The notes beneath the pieces are model-generated. The model did not search any database. It saw only the letters and a program-made list of their open reading frames with translations, and was not told the DNA's origin. DNA of 58,963 bases, filler included. It is 7 parts of 7 records of this genome, joined end to end, with 100 filler letters (N's around TTAATTAATTAA, not from the genome) between each part and the next. Parts side by side here need not be neighbours in the genome. Positions count along the whole stretch, not along the records: positions 45,241 to 53,308 come from SRR31156797_21234; positions 53,409 to 58,963 come from SRR31156797_21236; 5 more parts are not named here. One strand, written 5' to 3'. Of this stretch, positions 49,877 to 58,963 are shown one piece after another. Each line of letters begins with the position of its first letter. Position 1 is the first letter of the stretch. Made by a program: the position numbers and the translations under genes.

Positions 49877-52800
49877 TCAGCCCAGTTGAATCGTTTTCCC
49901 GTCAATTTTGGCTCCGGTTACGGACAGAGTTAGCTTGTTTCCATGGCCTTCCACTTCGGCCCCGGACAAATCCACTTTCACATTCCCTTTGCCGGCGGAA
50001 AGATCGCAGCCTGACGCAGTGAGTTCAAGGGTGCTGCTTTTGTCGCCGAGAACGGGTTTGGTTTCCAGCTTGATTCCATCTTTTTTTGTTGTAATTTGAG
50101 AGTCCGACGTCGCTTCGATAGTTACTTCATTGTCTTTGACGGTGATACTGTTGTCGCCCACGTATATCTTGACTTCGTTGTTTGAGTTAAGGGTTATTTT
50201 TCCGTCATTGTTCATGGCGGCCTGCATTAGTTCAATGTTGTGATCCTCCCCGGCCACTATGCGGATTCCGTCCGGGATGGACGGGGAATCTGTCGGAGGT
50301 TTGTTCAAGTGGGACGGCTTGTACCCGGTTCTCAGTTCAAGACCTTCCTTGGAGGATATTCTCTGATGCTTGGCGAACAGGGTGGTTGTTTCTTCACTGG
50401 CAATATCTGTCTGCTTGGCATTTTGCCTGTTTATTTCACCGGAACTGACTTCAAAATTCTCTTCCGAGCAAAAAACCTGGGAGCCTCTGCCTTCAAAAAA
50501 CAGCATGCCCTTGGGGCGCATTTTGGGTTTCTTGAAATACATGTACAAGGCTTTCCACTTCCAGGGCAAAAGTTTTGATACCGCGAACTGGGATTTTTGA
50601 GAGACAATCATACTGCCGTCTTTGTGCACGACCGTATAAATAAAGTCGTCGACATCGTAATCCGTTATTTTTCTGTGCAACAGGAACTTGTGAAGGTAAC
50701 TCATTATTTCATCAATGAGCGAGGCCGTAATGCCAAGGGCTGCGGTTATGACTCCACCCGCGATTGAAGATCCGGTCAGATAAGTATCGGCTTTTTCATC
50801 CTCTTTTTCAGTATATTTTTCAAGTTCGGCTTTTTCTTCTTGTATGGCTTCTTTTAGAATTTGCAATTGCTGATACATCTTGGTTCGGTCGGCGTCGGTC
50901 AGGTTCTCGCCTTTGGCATGAAGATCTTCCAACTCCTTGATCGCGGCCTCGGCGTCGTCTTTCGCGCCGTCGAATAAATCCTTGTACCCTTTTATTTTGT
51001 TTATATCTTCCGTGGTAATCGGAGTTGTCTCGTTTTCGTCATGAACGTTGGGCTGTATTGTTTCAATATGGTCTATGGCGGCAACGCATTTTCTCCAGTT
51101 TTCCTTAACCTCTTGAGCCCCGGCCTCATGGTCTCCCAAACCCATGGATGATTTCAATAATCCGGGAAAAGCGCCGGAAACGGCGCTAACGGCGCTCATC
51201 AAAAGGTTCCATCTGAACATGCCGGTGACGGTGACATGGGAAAAGCCGGCGAACACGTTTTTGGCGCCTCCGATCAATTCCAACCCGCCGCCTTTGACAA
51301 TGTTGGTCAAATGGTGGGATGAAGTGAAAATCTCCGACTCGGGTGAACTTCGGCCCATCTTGATCATCGAATCCTGATCCCCGGTTTGCATGATGATCCG
51401 TTCGCTGCCCTCTTTATCTTCCATGTGGATGGTGTTGCCGCCCGCGGTGCGGAAGCCGGCCATGGAAGCGTTTGTATCATTGACCATGCTCGGGGTTGCG
51501 GCATTGGGCACGGCCCCGGTTATGATCGGGCGATCGGGATCGCCGTCCATGAAGCTCAACAGGACTTCCGTCCCTTTATGAAGGGGGAAATGCATGCCGT
51601 GATCCGCCCCGGCATACGGCTGGGTCATGCGCATCCAGGCCGATGCTTTCAGGTCCTTGCGGCCGCTGAGGTCGAAAGGCAGAATAACTTTGTACCGCCC
51701 GACATCGTCCAATTCCGCGTACTGGCCGCTGCCGGCCGAGTCTATTTTTGCGTTCAAGGAACCGTGAAACCTGGGCTTGTCGCTGGCGCGCTCCGGCCGG
51801 AATTGCACTTGTTCAGGAATAGCGGAAAAACTGTTGCGGTAGTAGAATTGTTTTTCCCGGTCGGCCAGGGCTTCCTGCAGGCCGGCCACCATGTAATACG
51901 ACTGGTCGCCTTCGTGGGTCAGTGTTGTGGTCAGGTATTTTTGATTGAAATCGTTTCGATAATGGTCGGTCAATTCGTATATGTAACCGGGGCGGAGCAG
52001 GGGAATGGAGCTTTCTCCGTAAAACACGGTCTGTCGGCATAGGTGTTCTTCGGCCCTGATTGCGGCCAGGCGATTTCCTTCTTCAGGGGTAAGAAAGTGC
52101 TCGCCGTAAACATAGTCTTCCCCTCGGCCGTTTTCCTTGCTCACGTCGGCCCGGCCGCTCAATTCCATGGACGGGGTTTCATAGTTGTAGTCCTTGAGCA
52201 GCACCCTGCGCGGGGTCATCTGCTGCCTGCAGACGAATTGCTGGATAACCTCATCTTGCCTGCCTGAATCAAGCCCGCTGGGTGGGGAATAGATCATGGT
52301 TTTTCCTTCAGGCATTTCGGTGTGAGCAATTTTCGTGTCGGTAAAAACAACAACATCGCGCTCTTCTCTATGATCGAAATAAAAGTATATGCCTTCCCGC
52401 TCCATCCAGCGATACACGAAATTAAGATGGCTTTCCTTGTATTGACAGACATATTCTCGCTCGGGGTAGTCCTTATGCAGTTTTATTTCAAAATCCCGGG
52501 TGGTCAGGCCGCCGTCCTGTAATACGGCTGTCAGGATGTCGGGCAGGGTCATGTCGAGGAAAACCTGGTTATGGCGGGTCAGGGATAGCCACCATAATTT
52601 GGGCATTATCTTGATACGGTAGAAAACATATTTGCCAAAAGCATTCATTTGCTCGAAAAAGGACGGGTACCCGTGAAAGGGAATGTCGCCCCCTTCATCG
52701 CGATGAATTATGAATGTGGCCGAAGATTTCATAACCGCGGCCAGATCGATTTCCGATTCCCCTGAAACCAGCTCAATATCAAATTCAAAGCAACGGGACA

Positions 52801-52900
52801 GAGCTTCCGATCCTTTGAAGCCGACCACGGCAAAGGTATCTTCGTTTAAGCCCGGGGCGGCGGAGTAAAATGAAAACTTGGTCTTGTTGAAAAATTCCAC
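49877..52900 (-). CDS. vgrG: Type VI secretion spike protein VgrG with a large non-canonical insertion
   Basis: REYVCQYKES..F..RWMEREGIYFYF, GRYKVILPFD, GMHFPLHKGTEV..F.DGDPDRP motifs. Start set to GTG 52900 (GGAGG RBS 8 nt upstream) rather than 53062. Confidence 0.93.
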   Translation of the reverse strand: MEFFNKTKFSFYSAAPGLNEDTFAVVGFKGSEALSRCFEFDIELVSGESEIDLAAVMKSSATFIIHRDEGGDIPFHGYPSFFEQMNAFGKYVFYRIKIMPKLWWLSLTRHNQVFLDMTLPDILTAVLQDGGLTTRDFEIKLHKDYPEREYVCQYKESHLNFVYRWMEREGIYFYFDHREERDVVVFTDTKIAHTEMPEGKTMIYSPPSGLDSGRQDEVIQQFVCRQQMTPRRVLLKDYNYETPSMELSGRADVSKENGRGEDYVYGEHFLTPEEGNRLAAIRAEEHLCRQTVFYGESSIPLLRPGYIYELTDHYRNDFNQKYLTTTLTHEGDQSYYMVAGLQEALADREKQFYYRNSFSAIPEQVQFRPERASDKPRFHGSLNAKIDSAGSGQYAELDDVGRYKVILPFDLSGRKDLKASAWMRMTQPYAGADHGMHFPLHKGTEVLLSFMDGDPDRPIITGAVPNAATPSMVNDTNASMAGFRTAGGNTIHMEDKEGSERIIMQTGDQDSMIKMGRSSPESEIFTSSHHLTNIVKGGGLELIGGAKNVFAGFSHVTVTGMFRWNLLMSAVSAVSGAFPGLLKSSMGLGDHEAGAQEVKENWRKCVAAIDHIETIQPNVHDENETTPITTEDINKIKGYKDLFDGAKDDAEAAIKELEDLHAKGENLTDADRTKMYQQLQILKEAIQEEKAELEKYTEKEDEKADTYLTGSSIAGGVITAALGITASLIDEIMSYLHKFLLHRKITDYDVDDFIYTVVHKDGSMIVSQKSQFAVSKLLPWKWKALYMYFKKPKMRPKGMLFFEGRGSQVFCSEENFEVSSGEINRQNAKQTDIASEETTTLFAKHQRISSKEGLELRTGYKPSHLNKPPTDSPSIPDGIRIVAGEDHNIELMQAAMNNDGKITLNSNNEVKIYVGDNSITVKDNEVTIEATSDSQITTKKDGIKLETKPVLGDKSSTLELTASGCDLSAGKGNVKVDLSGAEVEGHGNKLTLSVTGAKIDGKTIQLG

Positions 52901-53308
52901 TTTAAAAACCTCCGGGTTAATGTTTTCATCAATAAAGGGACAAAATAGTAAAATTGTAGCCGGATTGCCGGGAGATAGGTTTAAAGGTCGATTGTTATCA
53001 AATATGTCGTGATAAATGTATTTAAAAGCTTGAATTAAAAGGAACTTTATATAAATCTTCAAAGGATGTCAGAGTTTGTCTGAAATTGACGGATCAAGTT
53101 TGATAAATTGAGCCGTCGATGGCGCCGGTTTTAATCTCCGGGTTTTCCGGACAATGACTATCCACTGGATATGAATATAATATTAGACGGTAACCCTGCC
53201 GAATGCTGAAAAACTCGTCGACGCCGTTCCTGCGTTAGTTGGTTAAATTTCAATGGAAACACTATATTTTACACATATTGGACAGCCGTAGTCAAGGCGG
53301 GGGAAGAT

Positions 53309-53408
53309 NNNNNNNNNNNNNNNNNNNNNNNNNNNNNNNNNNNNNNNNNNNNTTAATTAATTAANNNNNNNNNNNNNNNNNNNNNNNNNNNNNNNNNNNN
53401 NNNNNNNN
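53309..53408. other. Artificial contig linker
   Basis: N-run with TTAATTAATTAA. Confidence 0.99.
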
Positions 53409-54258
53409 ATGGGGATTTTTCAAAAAAATTATAATTGCAGATAATGCCGCAATTATTGTAAATGAAATTTTTGCAGATTATGGAAATGCTTCACCGGTTG
53501 CCTTACTATTTGGAATTTTTCTTTTTTCATTTCAGATTTATGCCGATTTTTCGGGTTATTCCGATATTGCCATTGGTACGGCCAAACTATTTGGCATTCG
53601 TTTAATGACCAACTTTAAAATGCCGTATTTCTCATCAAGTATTCGCGAATTCTGGAATCGTTGGCATATTTCATTATCTACCTGGTTTCGCGATTATATA
53701 TATATTCCATTTGGAGGAAACAGGCGTGGATTAACACGACATATAATAGCCATTTTTTGCACATTTTTACTTAGCGGATTATGGCATGGGGCAAATTTTA
53801 CATTTCTTTTCTGGGGATTTATTCATGCCTTACTTTACAGCATTGAAATTTATTCTGAAAGATTATTCTTCGGAAAATTCAAATTTTCTGATTTTTTGCA
53901 TAAACCTGTCATTTTAATTAAAACAGCAATTACTTTATTTATTGTAATGTTTGCCTGGGTATTTTTCAGGGCTGAAACAATTAGTGATGCGTTTTTATAT
54001 TTAAAAGGAATAGTAAATGAACCAGAATCGGTAACCATTTATTTTACCATGTTAAAAACCAAAGAACCTTTTATAGTGGCTACTATCTCAATATTTTTGA
54101 TGTTACTTTTTGAGAAAATCACTCAAAAACAACAACACCCTTTTAACGATTTAAAAAAATTACACACAGCAAGATATTTTGTATATATCGTTTTTATAAT
54201 TATTATTTTTCTGTTTGCACCGGGTGAAAAATCCGACTTTATCTATTTTCAATTTTAA
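53409..54258 (+). CDS. MBOAT O-acyltransferase (AlgI/PatA-like), 5'-truncated
   Basis: WGFFKK..IADN, QIYADFSGYSD, FWNRWHISLS, SGLWHGA and FIYFQF motifs; frame open from the contig edge. Confidence 0.93.
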
Positions 54259-54264
54259 AAAGAA

Positions 54265-55203
54265 ATGAAACAATTTGGATTTAAAATATTACTATTTGGC
54301 TTAATTTCCGCAATATTTATTTTGGGTTTTCTTACGTACTACCATTTAACACAAAAAGCTACGCTCGATCCTTTCTACCACCGCTTTACCAGCGGAAGAT
54401 TTTCTACTTTGTTACTTGGTAGTTCCAGAACTGCCCAGGGACTGCGACCCGATGTTTTCGACAAGGAACTGGGAGCATATTTCGGCACCCCGGCTTTTAA
54501 CTATTCATTTACAATGGGAACTTCGAACATTGGCCCCACATATTTAAGGAAAATTAAAAAGCGAATTAAAAATTCTGAAAAGGGTTTATTTGTTCTTTGT
54601 GTCGATCCCTGGATTTTAACCCGGGAAACAGAGAATACAAAACATGAAAAATTTAAGGAAGAAGATACTTATTTTGCAAAGCAAATTACTCAAAATATGT
54701 CGCCAAATATTGAATACATGCTTTTTCACGACGACAAAAATCAATCTTTTTTCAAAAAAATATTTTACCCCGATTCTTCCATTTATTATCTTCATAAAAA
54801 CGGCTGGCTTCAGGTAAACTACGACATTTCAACCACCGATGCAATCGACAACAGTAACTGGCAAATTAGAAGATACCAGGGCGATACAAATAAATATGTT
54901 TTATCTGAAAAAAGATTTGAATATCTGGATGAAATGATTTCCTATATGAAATCGAAAGGAAAAGTTGTACTGGTTCGATTACCTACTGGAAAAGAAATTA
55001 AAGATATTGAACAAAATACATTTCCTGATTTTGATTCACGCGTAAATTTAATCGCAACGGAACAAAAAGTAAACTATATTAATTTAATTTCAGAAAGTGG
55101 TAATTATCAGACAGTCGACGGAAATCATATTTATAAAGATGAAACTGAAGAACTATCGGAAAGAGTCTGTAATTTGATTAAAAAATATGAAAAACTGCAT
55201 TAG
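54265..55203 (+). CDS. SGNH-like membrane-anchored protein, probable MBOAT partner
   Basis: N-terminal TM helix, LLLGSSR and DGNH motifs; starts 6 nt after the MBOAT gene. Confidence 0.7.
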   Translation: MKQFGFKILLFGLISAIFILGFLTYYHLTQKATLDPFYHRFTSGRFSTLLLGSSRTAQGLRPDVFDKELGAYFGTPAFNYSFTMGTSNIGPTYLRKIKKRIKNSEKGLFVLCVDPWILTRETENTKHEKFKEEDTYFAKQITQNMSPNIEYMLFHDDKNQSFFKKIFYPDSSIYYLHKNGWLQVNYDISTTDAIDNSNWQIRRYQGDTNKYVLSEKRFEYLDEMISYMKSKGKVVLVRLPTGKEIKDIEQNTFPDFDSRVNLIATEQKVNYINLISESGNYQTVDGNHIYKDETEELSERVCNLIKKYEKLH

Positions 55204-55292
55204 AAATAATTCAATTTACTAATCGTATTTTTGCCAATCGTTTTAGAATATTTAATTTCGCAAACCATTCAGAATAAAACAGAAAAGAAAAT

Positions 55293-55475
55293 ATGGGAAC
55301 CGTTAAAAGTACTTGTTTTGTTTGTCGTAAAAATATAACTGCTGAAAATTCGGAAATGAATACAACGGTTTACCTGCCCGTTTGCCTGGAATGCAAAAAC
55401 ACAGAAGAAGAAAAAAAGGCAGTAAAAGAACAGCTCGACAGTTTAGCCGATGGTTTGGTTTGTGGATGTATATAA
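55293..55475 (+). CDS. Small cysteine-rich (zinc-ribbon-like) protein
   Basis: CFVC, CLEC and terminal CGC in 60 aa; followed by a terminator. Confidence 0.6.
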   Translation: MGTVKSTCFVCRKNITAENSEMNTTVYLPVCLECKNTEEEKKAVKEQLDSLADGLVCGCI

Positions 55476-55477
55476 AC

Positions 55478-55503
55478 AAAAAAACCGCAGTTTCCTGCGG
55501 TTT
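55478..55503. terminator. Intrinsic terminator between convergent genes
   Basis: AAAACCGCAG-TTTC-CTGCGGTTT. Confidence 0.75.
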
Positions 55504-55525
55504 CAAAATGCTGTTTTACTATTCT

Positions 55526-55996
55526 TTAATTTAAAACGTGTGTATAATTATCGTTTACCATTTCTGGCAAGAAACTGGCAATTAATCCCAAAGCCATTTT
55601 ATCATCTACTTTATTTGGAGTTATTACCTGCTGACGTTCCAATTCCTGCGCGTTTAATACCGCATTTGAAATCTTTTTTGAAACATTTCTCCATGAGTTT
55701 CTAACTTCTTTTGCACCAAAACCTTCAGCAGTTGCAGCATAACTTACATCAAAATATTTTGAATGAACAACGTATTCAGTGCCTTCCGCAGTATTACGTT
55801 TAACAACTGTAACAGGAGATTCTTCAGAACTATAACTTATAGTCCAAATTTTCTGAATACTTTTTCCCATATATAAATCATCAACAGAAGAAATTTCATA
55901 CGAATTGAATTCTGTTCTTAGTCCGGTAGCATTTGCTGATACTGACCATACAAATAGCGATACAAAAAGAATGGATAATAAACTTAATTTTTTCAT
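55526..55996 (-). CDS. Secreted hypothetical protein
   Basis: Clear signal peptide (MKKLSLL...ANA); no recognisable family. Confidence 0.75.
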   Translation of the reverse strand: MKKLSLLSILFVSLFVWSVSANATGLRTEFNSYEISSVDDLYMGKSIQKIWTISYSSEESPVTVVKRNTAEGTEYVVHSKYFDVSYAATAEGFGAKEVRNSWRNVSKKISNAVLNAQELERQQVITPNKVDDKMALGLIASFLPEMVNDNYTHVLN

Positions 55997-56264
55997 GACA
56001 TTTGAATTTTAATTAATAATTGTTTTCTGTTTTCGTTTTCATTTGTAACCATAAGACGAACGAATTACAAAGCTGTTTCACCTAAAACTTCTGTTATAAA
56101 ACAGATAGCATTTGTCTAATAAATTTGCTTTTTATAAATCAATATATATTTAAATTCAGTCTAAATAATCATAATTATATATGCATTATTATTATTAAAT
56201 TGCAAGTTAAAATCAGATTTTACTTTCAATGTAAAAATCAATTAAATACTTAAAAGTCTTAAAT

Positions 56265-56777
56265 ATGAAATTACAATCAATAATAAGCCACCGTTTTTCA
56301 GTAAGAAAATATAAAAACACAATTGTAGAGCATGAAAAAATAATACAGATTTTAGAAGCAGCGCGCCTGGCACCTTCAGCAGTAAATTTCCAACCCTGGC
56401 ATTTTATAGTCGTTGAAGATCCAAAAAACTTAGCTAAAATTCATTCTGTTTATTCCCGCGAATGGATTCAAAGCGCACCGGTAGTAATAATTTCCTGTTC
56501 CGATCATTCACAGTCGTGGAAAAGAAAATCGGATGGAAAAGATTCGGCAGATATTGATATTTCGATTGCTGTTGATCATATGACATTGCAAGCCACAGAA
56601 CTGGGGCTCGGAACTTGTTGGGTTTGTAATTTTGATGTTGAAAAATGTTCTGCTCTTTTTAATTTACCTGAGCACATTGAACCCGTTGTTATTCTACCGC
56701 TGGGATATCCTGATATTTCGGTGCCTCCAAAAAAGCGCAAACCGATTGAAGACATTGTCCACTGGGAAAAGTTCTAA
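56265..56777 (+). CDS. Nitroreductase-family protein
   Basis: RFSVRKY, APSAVNFQPW and LGLGTCWV motifs. Confidence 0.93.
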   Translation: MKLQSIISHRFSVRKYKNTIVEHEKIIQILEAARLAPSAVNFQPWHFIVVEDPKNLAKIHSVYSREWIQSAPVVIISCSDHSQSWKRKSDGKDSADIDISIAVDHMTLQATELGLGTCWVCNFDVEKCSALFNLPEHIEPVVILPLGYPDISVPPKKRKPIEDIVHWEKF

Positions 56778-56778
56778 T

Positions 56779-57927
56779 TTATTTATTAAAATATTCTTTC
56801 AGGTACTTTTCCAAACGAATTAATCCCTCCTCGATATTTTCTATTGAATTTGCATATGAAAAGCGTAAAAATCCCTCTCCGTTTTCACCAAAATCTATTC
56901 CGGGTGTTACACCAACATGTGCTTTTTCTAAAATATCGAATGCCAATTTATAACTGTCGCCCGACAGGTGTTTGGCATTTACAAATACATAAAACGCCCC
57001 GGTAGGTGGCACCAAAATTTTGAAACCCAGTTTTTGCAATCCGTCAACTAAAAACTTTCTGCGTTTATTGTATGTTTCCTTCATTTTTGCCACATCACTT
57101 TGTGCATTCCGAAGTGCTGAAATACCTGCTCGCTGTGCGGTAGAACTGGCACAAATAAAAAGGTTTTGCTGTAGCTTCTGCATCGGACGAATACATTCCT
57201 TTGGAGCAATTACATACCCAAGCCGCAAACCGGTCATGGCATATAATTTTGAAAAACCATTTAAAACGAAAGCATTTTCAGAATATTCTAATATGGAATG
57301 AGCCCTGTTTTCGTATACCAAACCATGATAAATTTCGTCGGAAATAATGGGTACATTAAATTTAGTAATTTCCTTCATTACTTCGGGCGACAACAAATTC
57401 CCGGTTGGATTCATCGGGCTGTTTATTAAAATTGCTTTGGTTTTTTCCGTAATTCGTTTGCCAATTTCTTCGGGTCGATACTGAAAACCATCTTCTTCAA
57501 AAACCGGAATTTTTACCGGTTTCGCTCCAATAAATTTTATGAAATTCTGATAACAGGCATATCCGGGATCAGATAAAATAACCTCATCATCTTTTTCACA
57601 TAAAACGCCAAGAGTTAAAAGAATTGCCGGCGAACTTCCTGAGGTAACAATAATCTGCTCAGGCGAAACAGAAACGCCATATTCTTTTTTATATTTTGTT
57701 GCAATTTCTTCTCTTAATTCAGGATCGCCCAGGCTGTGTGTATAGTGTGTACGTCCTTCATCAAATGCATTTTGTACCGATTCAGAAACACAAACAGGCA
57801 CATTAAAATCGGGCTCACCCACTTCCAGGTGAATTACTTTTATTCCCTTTTTTTCCATTTCAGCTGCTTTCTCCAGCACTTCCATAACAATAAAAGGAGT
57901 TATTTCTTTTGCCTTTTGTGTAATCAT
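56779..57927 (-). CDS. PLP-dependent class I/II aminotransferase (AspC-like)
   Basis: GEPDF, NSPMNPTG, SDEIY, GFSKLYAMTGLRLG motifs. Confidence 0.95.
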   Translation of the reverse strand: MITQKAKEITPFIVMEVLEKAAEMEKKGIKVIHLEVGEPDFNVPVCVSESVQNAFDEGRTHYTHSLGDPELREEIATKYKKEYGVSVSPEQIIVTSGSSPAILLTLGVLCEKDDEVILSDPGYACYQNFIKFIGAKPVKIPVFEEDGFQYRPEEIGKRITEKTKAILINSPMNPTGNLLSPEVMKEITKFNVPIISDEIYHGLVYENRAHSILEYSENAFVLNGFSKLYAMTGLRLGYVIAPKECIRPMQKLQQNLFICASSTAQRAGISALRNAQSDVAKMKETYNKRRKFLVDGLQKLGFKILVPPTGAFYVFVNAKHLSGDSYKLAFDILEKAHVGVTPGIDFGENGEGFLRFSYANSIENIEEGLIRLEKYLKEYFNK

Positions 57928-58009
57928 GAATTATACCTTTGGTTTTGTTTCTAAAAGTAAAGAGAAATAGAAGATTCAACAATATTAAATCTCATATTTA
58001 TATATAAAA

Positions 58010-58915
58010 TTAACCGGCAAAATAACGTGCAATATTTATTGCCTGGGTTTGATAAACACCGCCAAACAAATAATAATGATTTAAGACATGATACAACTGA
58101 TACAACCGGTTTCTTTCGTTCCAATCGGCTGGTAATGGATTTTCGTGATTATATGCATCGAAGAATTTTTGTGAAAACCCACCAAACATTGTAATAATTG
58201 CAAATTCCATTTCGCGGTCGGCAAAATAAGATGCCGGATCGATTAAAGCCGGTCCTTTTTCTGTAATTATATAATTTCCCGACCATAAATCGCCATGAAT
58301 AAGTACAGGGGTCGATTTTTTAGGAATAAGTTCAGGAATTTTGTTTAATAATAAATCGTAAGTTTTCATTTCAGAAACTGGCAGTGGTCTTTCTTTTTGA
58401 ATTAGTTGAAGTAAAAAACGCAATCGGTTCTCTCTAAAAAATTCGGACCAACTTTTCACCCGATTATTATTTTGAAGCGTTGCACCACAATAATTATCCT
58501 GAGAAAAACCAAATTCTGAATTAGAAAATTTATGAATAACTGCCAATCCCCGCCCCAGTTTTTCATCGTCGCCCGAATTTGAATAACGGGTTGGCAAATA
58601 TTCCTGAATAAGAAAACCAGGTGTTTCATTCACTTCTTTTGATGCAAAAACTTTTGGAATTATTATTTGACCATTGGCAGCCTTATACAATTCATTTAAA
58701 CTTTCTGCTTCTCTTATAAAAATATCTGGTGCACAATTTGAATTCCACTTTAGAAAAAATACACCAACATTGGTTTCAATTTTAGATGCATGATTAATAC
58801 AACCTCCGCCTAATTTTCCTGAAGATTGAATGGTTACATTTTGTCCAAAGCAATCAGAAAGTTGTTTTTCTAATTCAATGTTCAAAACATTATTTTCATT
58901 TTGAAAATTCTTCAT
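58010..58915 (-). CDS. Fructosamine/ketosamine-3-kinase family protein
   Basis: GGGCIN, LIHGDLWSGN, IDPA and YQLYHVLNH motifs. Confidence 0.93.
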   Translation of the reverse strand: MKNFQNENNVLNIELEKQLSDCFGQNVTIQSSGKLGGGCINHASKIETNVGVFFLKWNSNCAPDIFIREAESLNELYKAANGQIIIPKVFASKEVNETPGFLIQEYLPTRYSNSGDDEKLGRGLAVIHKFSNSEFGFSQDNYCGATLQNNNRVKSWSEFFRENRLRFLLQLIQKERPLPVSEMKTYDLLLNKIPELIPKKSTPVLIHGDLWSGNYIITEKGPALIDPASYFADREMEFAIITMFGGFSQKFFDAYNHENPLPADWNERNRLYQLYHVLNHYYLFGGVYQTQAINIARYFAG

Positions 58916-58947
58916 GTCCTAAATTTTATGAACGTTAAAGGATGTCA

Positions 58948-58963
58948 TCCGTCAGCTGACGGA
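58948..58963. repeat. Perfect 16-bp palindrome TCCGTCAGCTGACGGA (REP-like) at the window end
   Basis: Self-complementary GC-rich sequence in AT-rich intergenic DNA. Confidence 0.55.

Noticed and set aside
48689-52042. Long plus-strand ORFs (191, 232 and 218 aa) opposite the T6SS genes
   Set aside because: Antisense shadows in relatively GC-rich coding DNA; the minus-strand genes carry clear family motifs.
52901-53062. N-terminal 54 aa of the 1061-aa VgrG ORF
   Set aside because: TTG start without support; a GGAGG RBS and VgrG-like sequence begin at GTG 52900.
53185-53260. Possible c-di-GMP-I riboswitch upstream of vgrG (ACGCA...CGGCAGGGTTACCG on the minus strand)
   Set aside because: No GNRA-capped P2 stem and no matching P1 5' strand could be built.

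Overview
The window is not one locus. It is seven unrelated contigs joined by 100-nt N-linkers containing TTAATTAATTAA. (1) 1-6099: a siderophore-uptake-type cluster (AraC/PchR-like regulator, SAM methyltransferase, AmpG/FptX-like MFS permease, TonB-dependent receptor) with a duplicated 90-bp promoter module and a decayed second araC copy. (2) 6200-16824: a five-gene defence operon of type I R-M (HsdR, enlarged HsdM, extended HsdS) plus an ABC/AAA ATPase and an HNH nuclease; the last four genes overlap stop-to-start. (3) 16925-23279: AT-rich housekeeping genes (HD-GYP fragment, truB, guanine riboswitch with NCS2 permease, RluA-family synthase, rodA, minE, minD, dut fragment). (4) 23380-39224: a complete type I secretion operon with an HlyC-type acyltransferase and a 5'-truncated giant RTX/Ig-repeat protein (at least 3550 aa) carrying an FrpC-like Asp-Pro self-processing module. 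(5) 39325-45140: a SpoIIE-type phosphatase with a PhnD-like binding protein, an MNT antitoxin with a truncated HEPN toxin, and a split metH. (6) 45241-53308: an evolved VgrG with a DUF2169/pentapeptide/DUF3540/DUF4150 cassette. (7) 53409-58963: MBOAT/SGNH pair, nitroreductase, aminotransferase and fructosamine kinase. The strongest novelty candidates are the R-M + ATPase + HNH operon and the acyltransferase-coupled self-processing giant adhesin. All family calls come from reading motifs by eye; no database searches were run.
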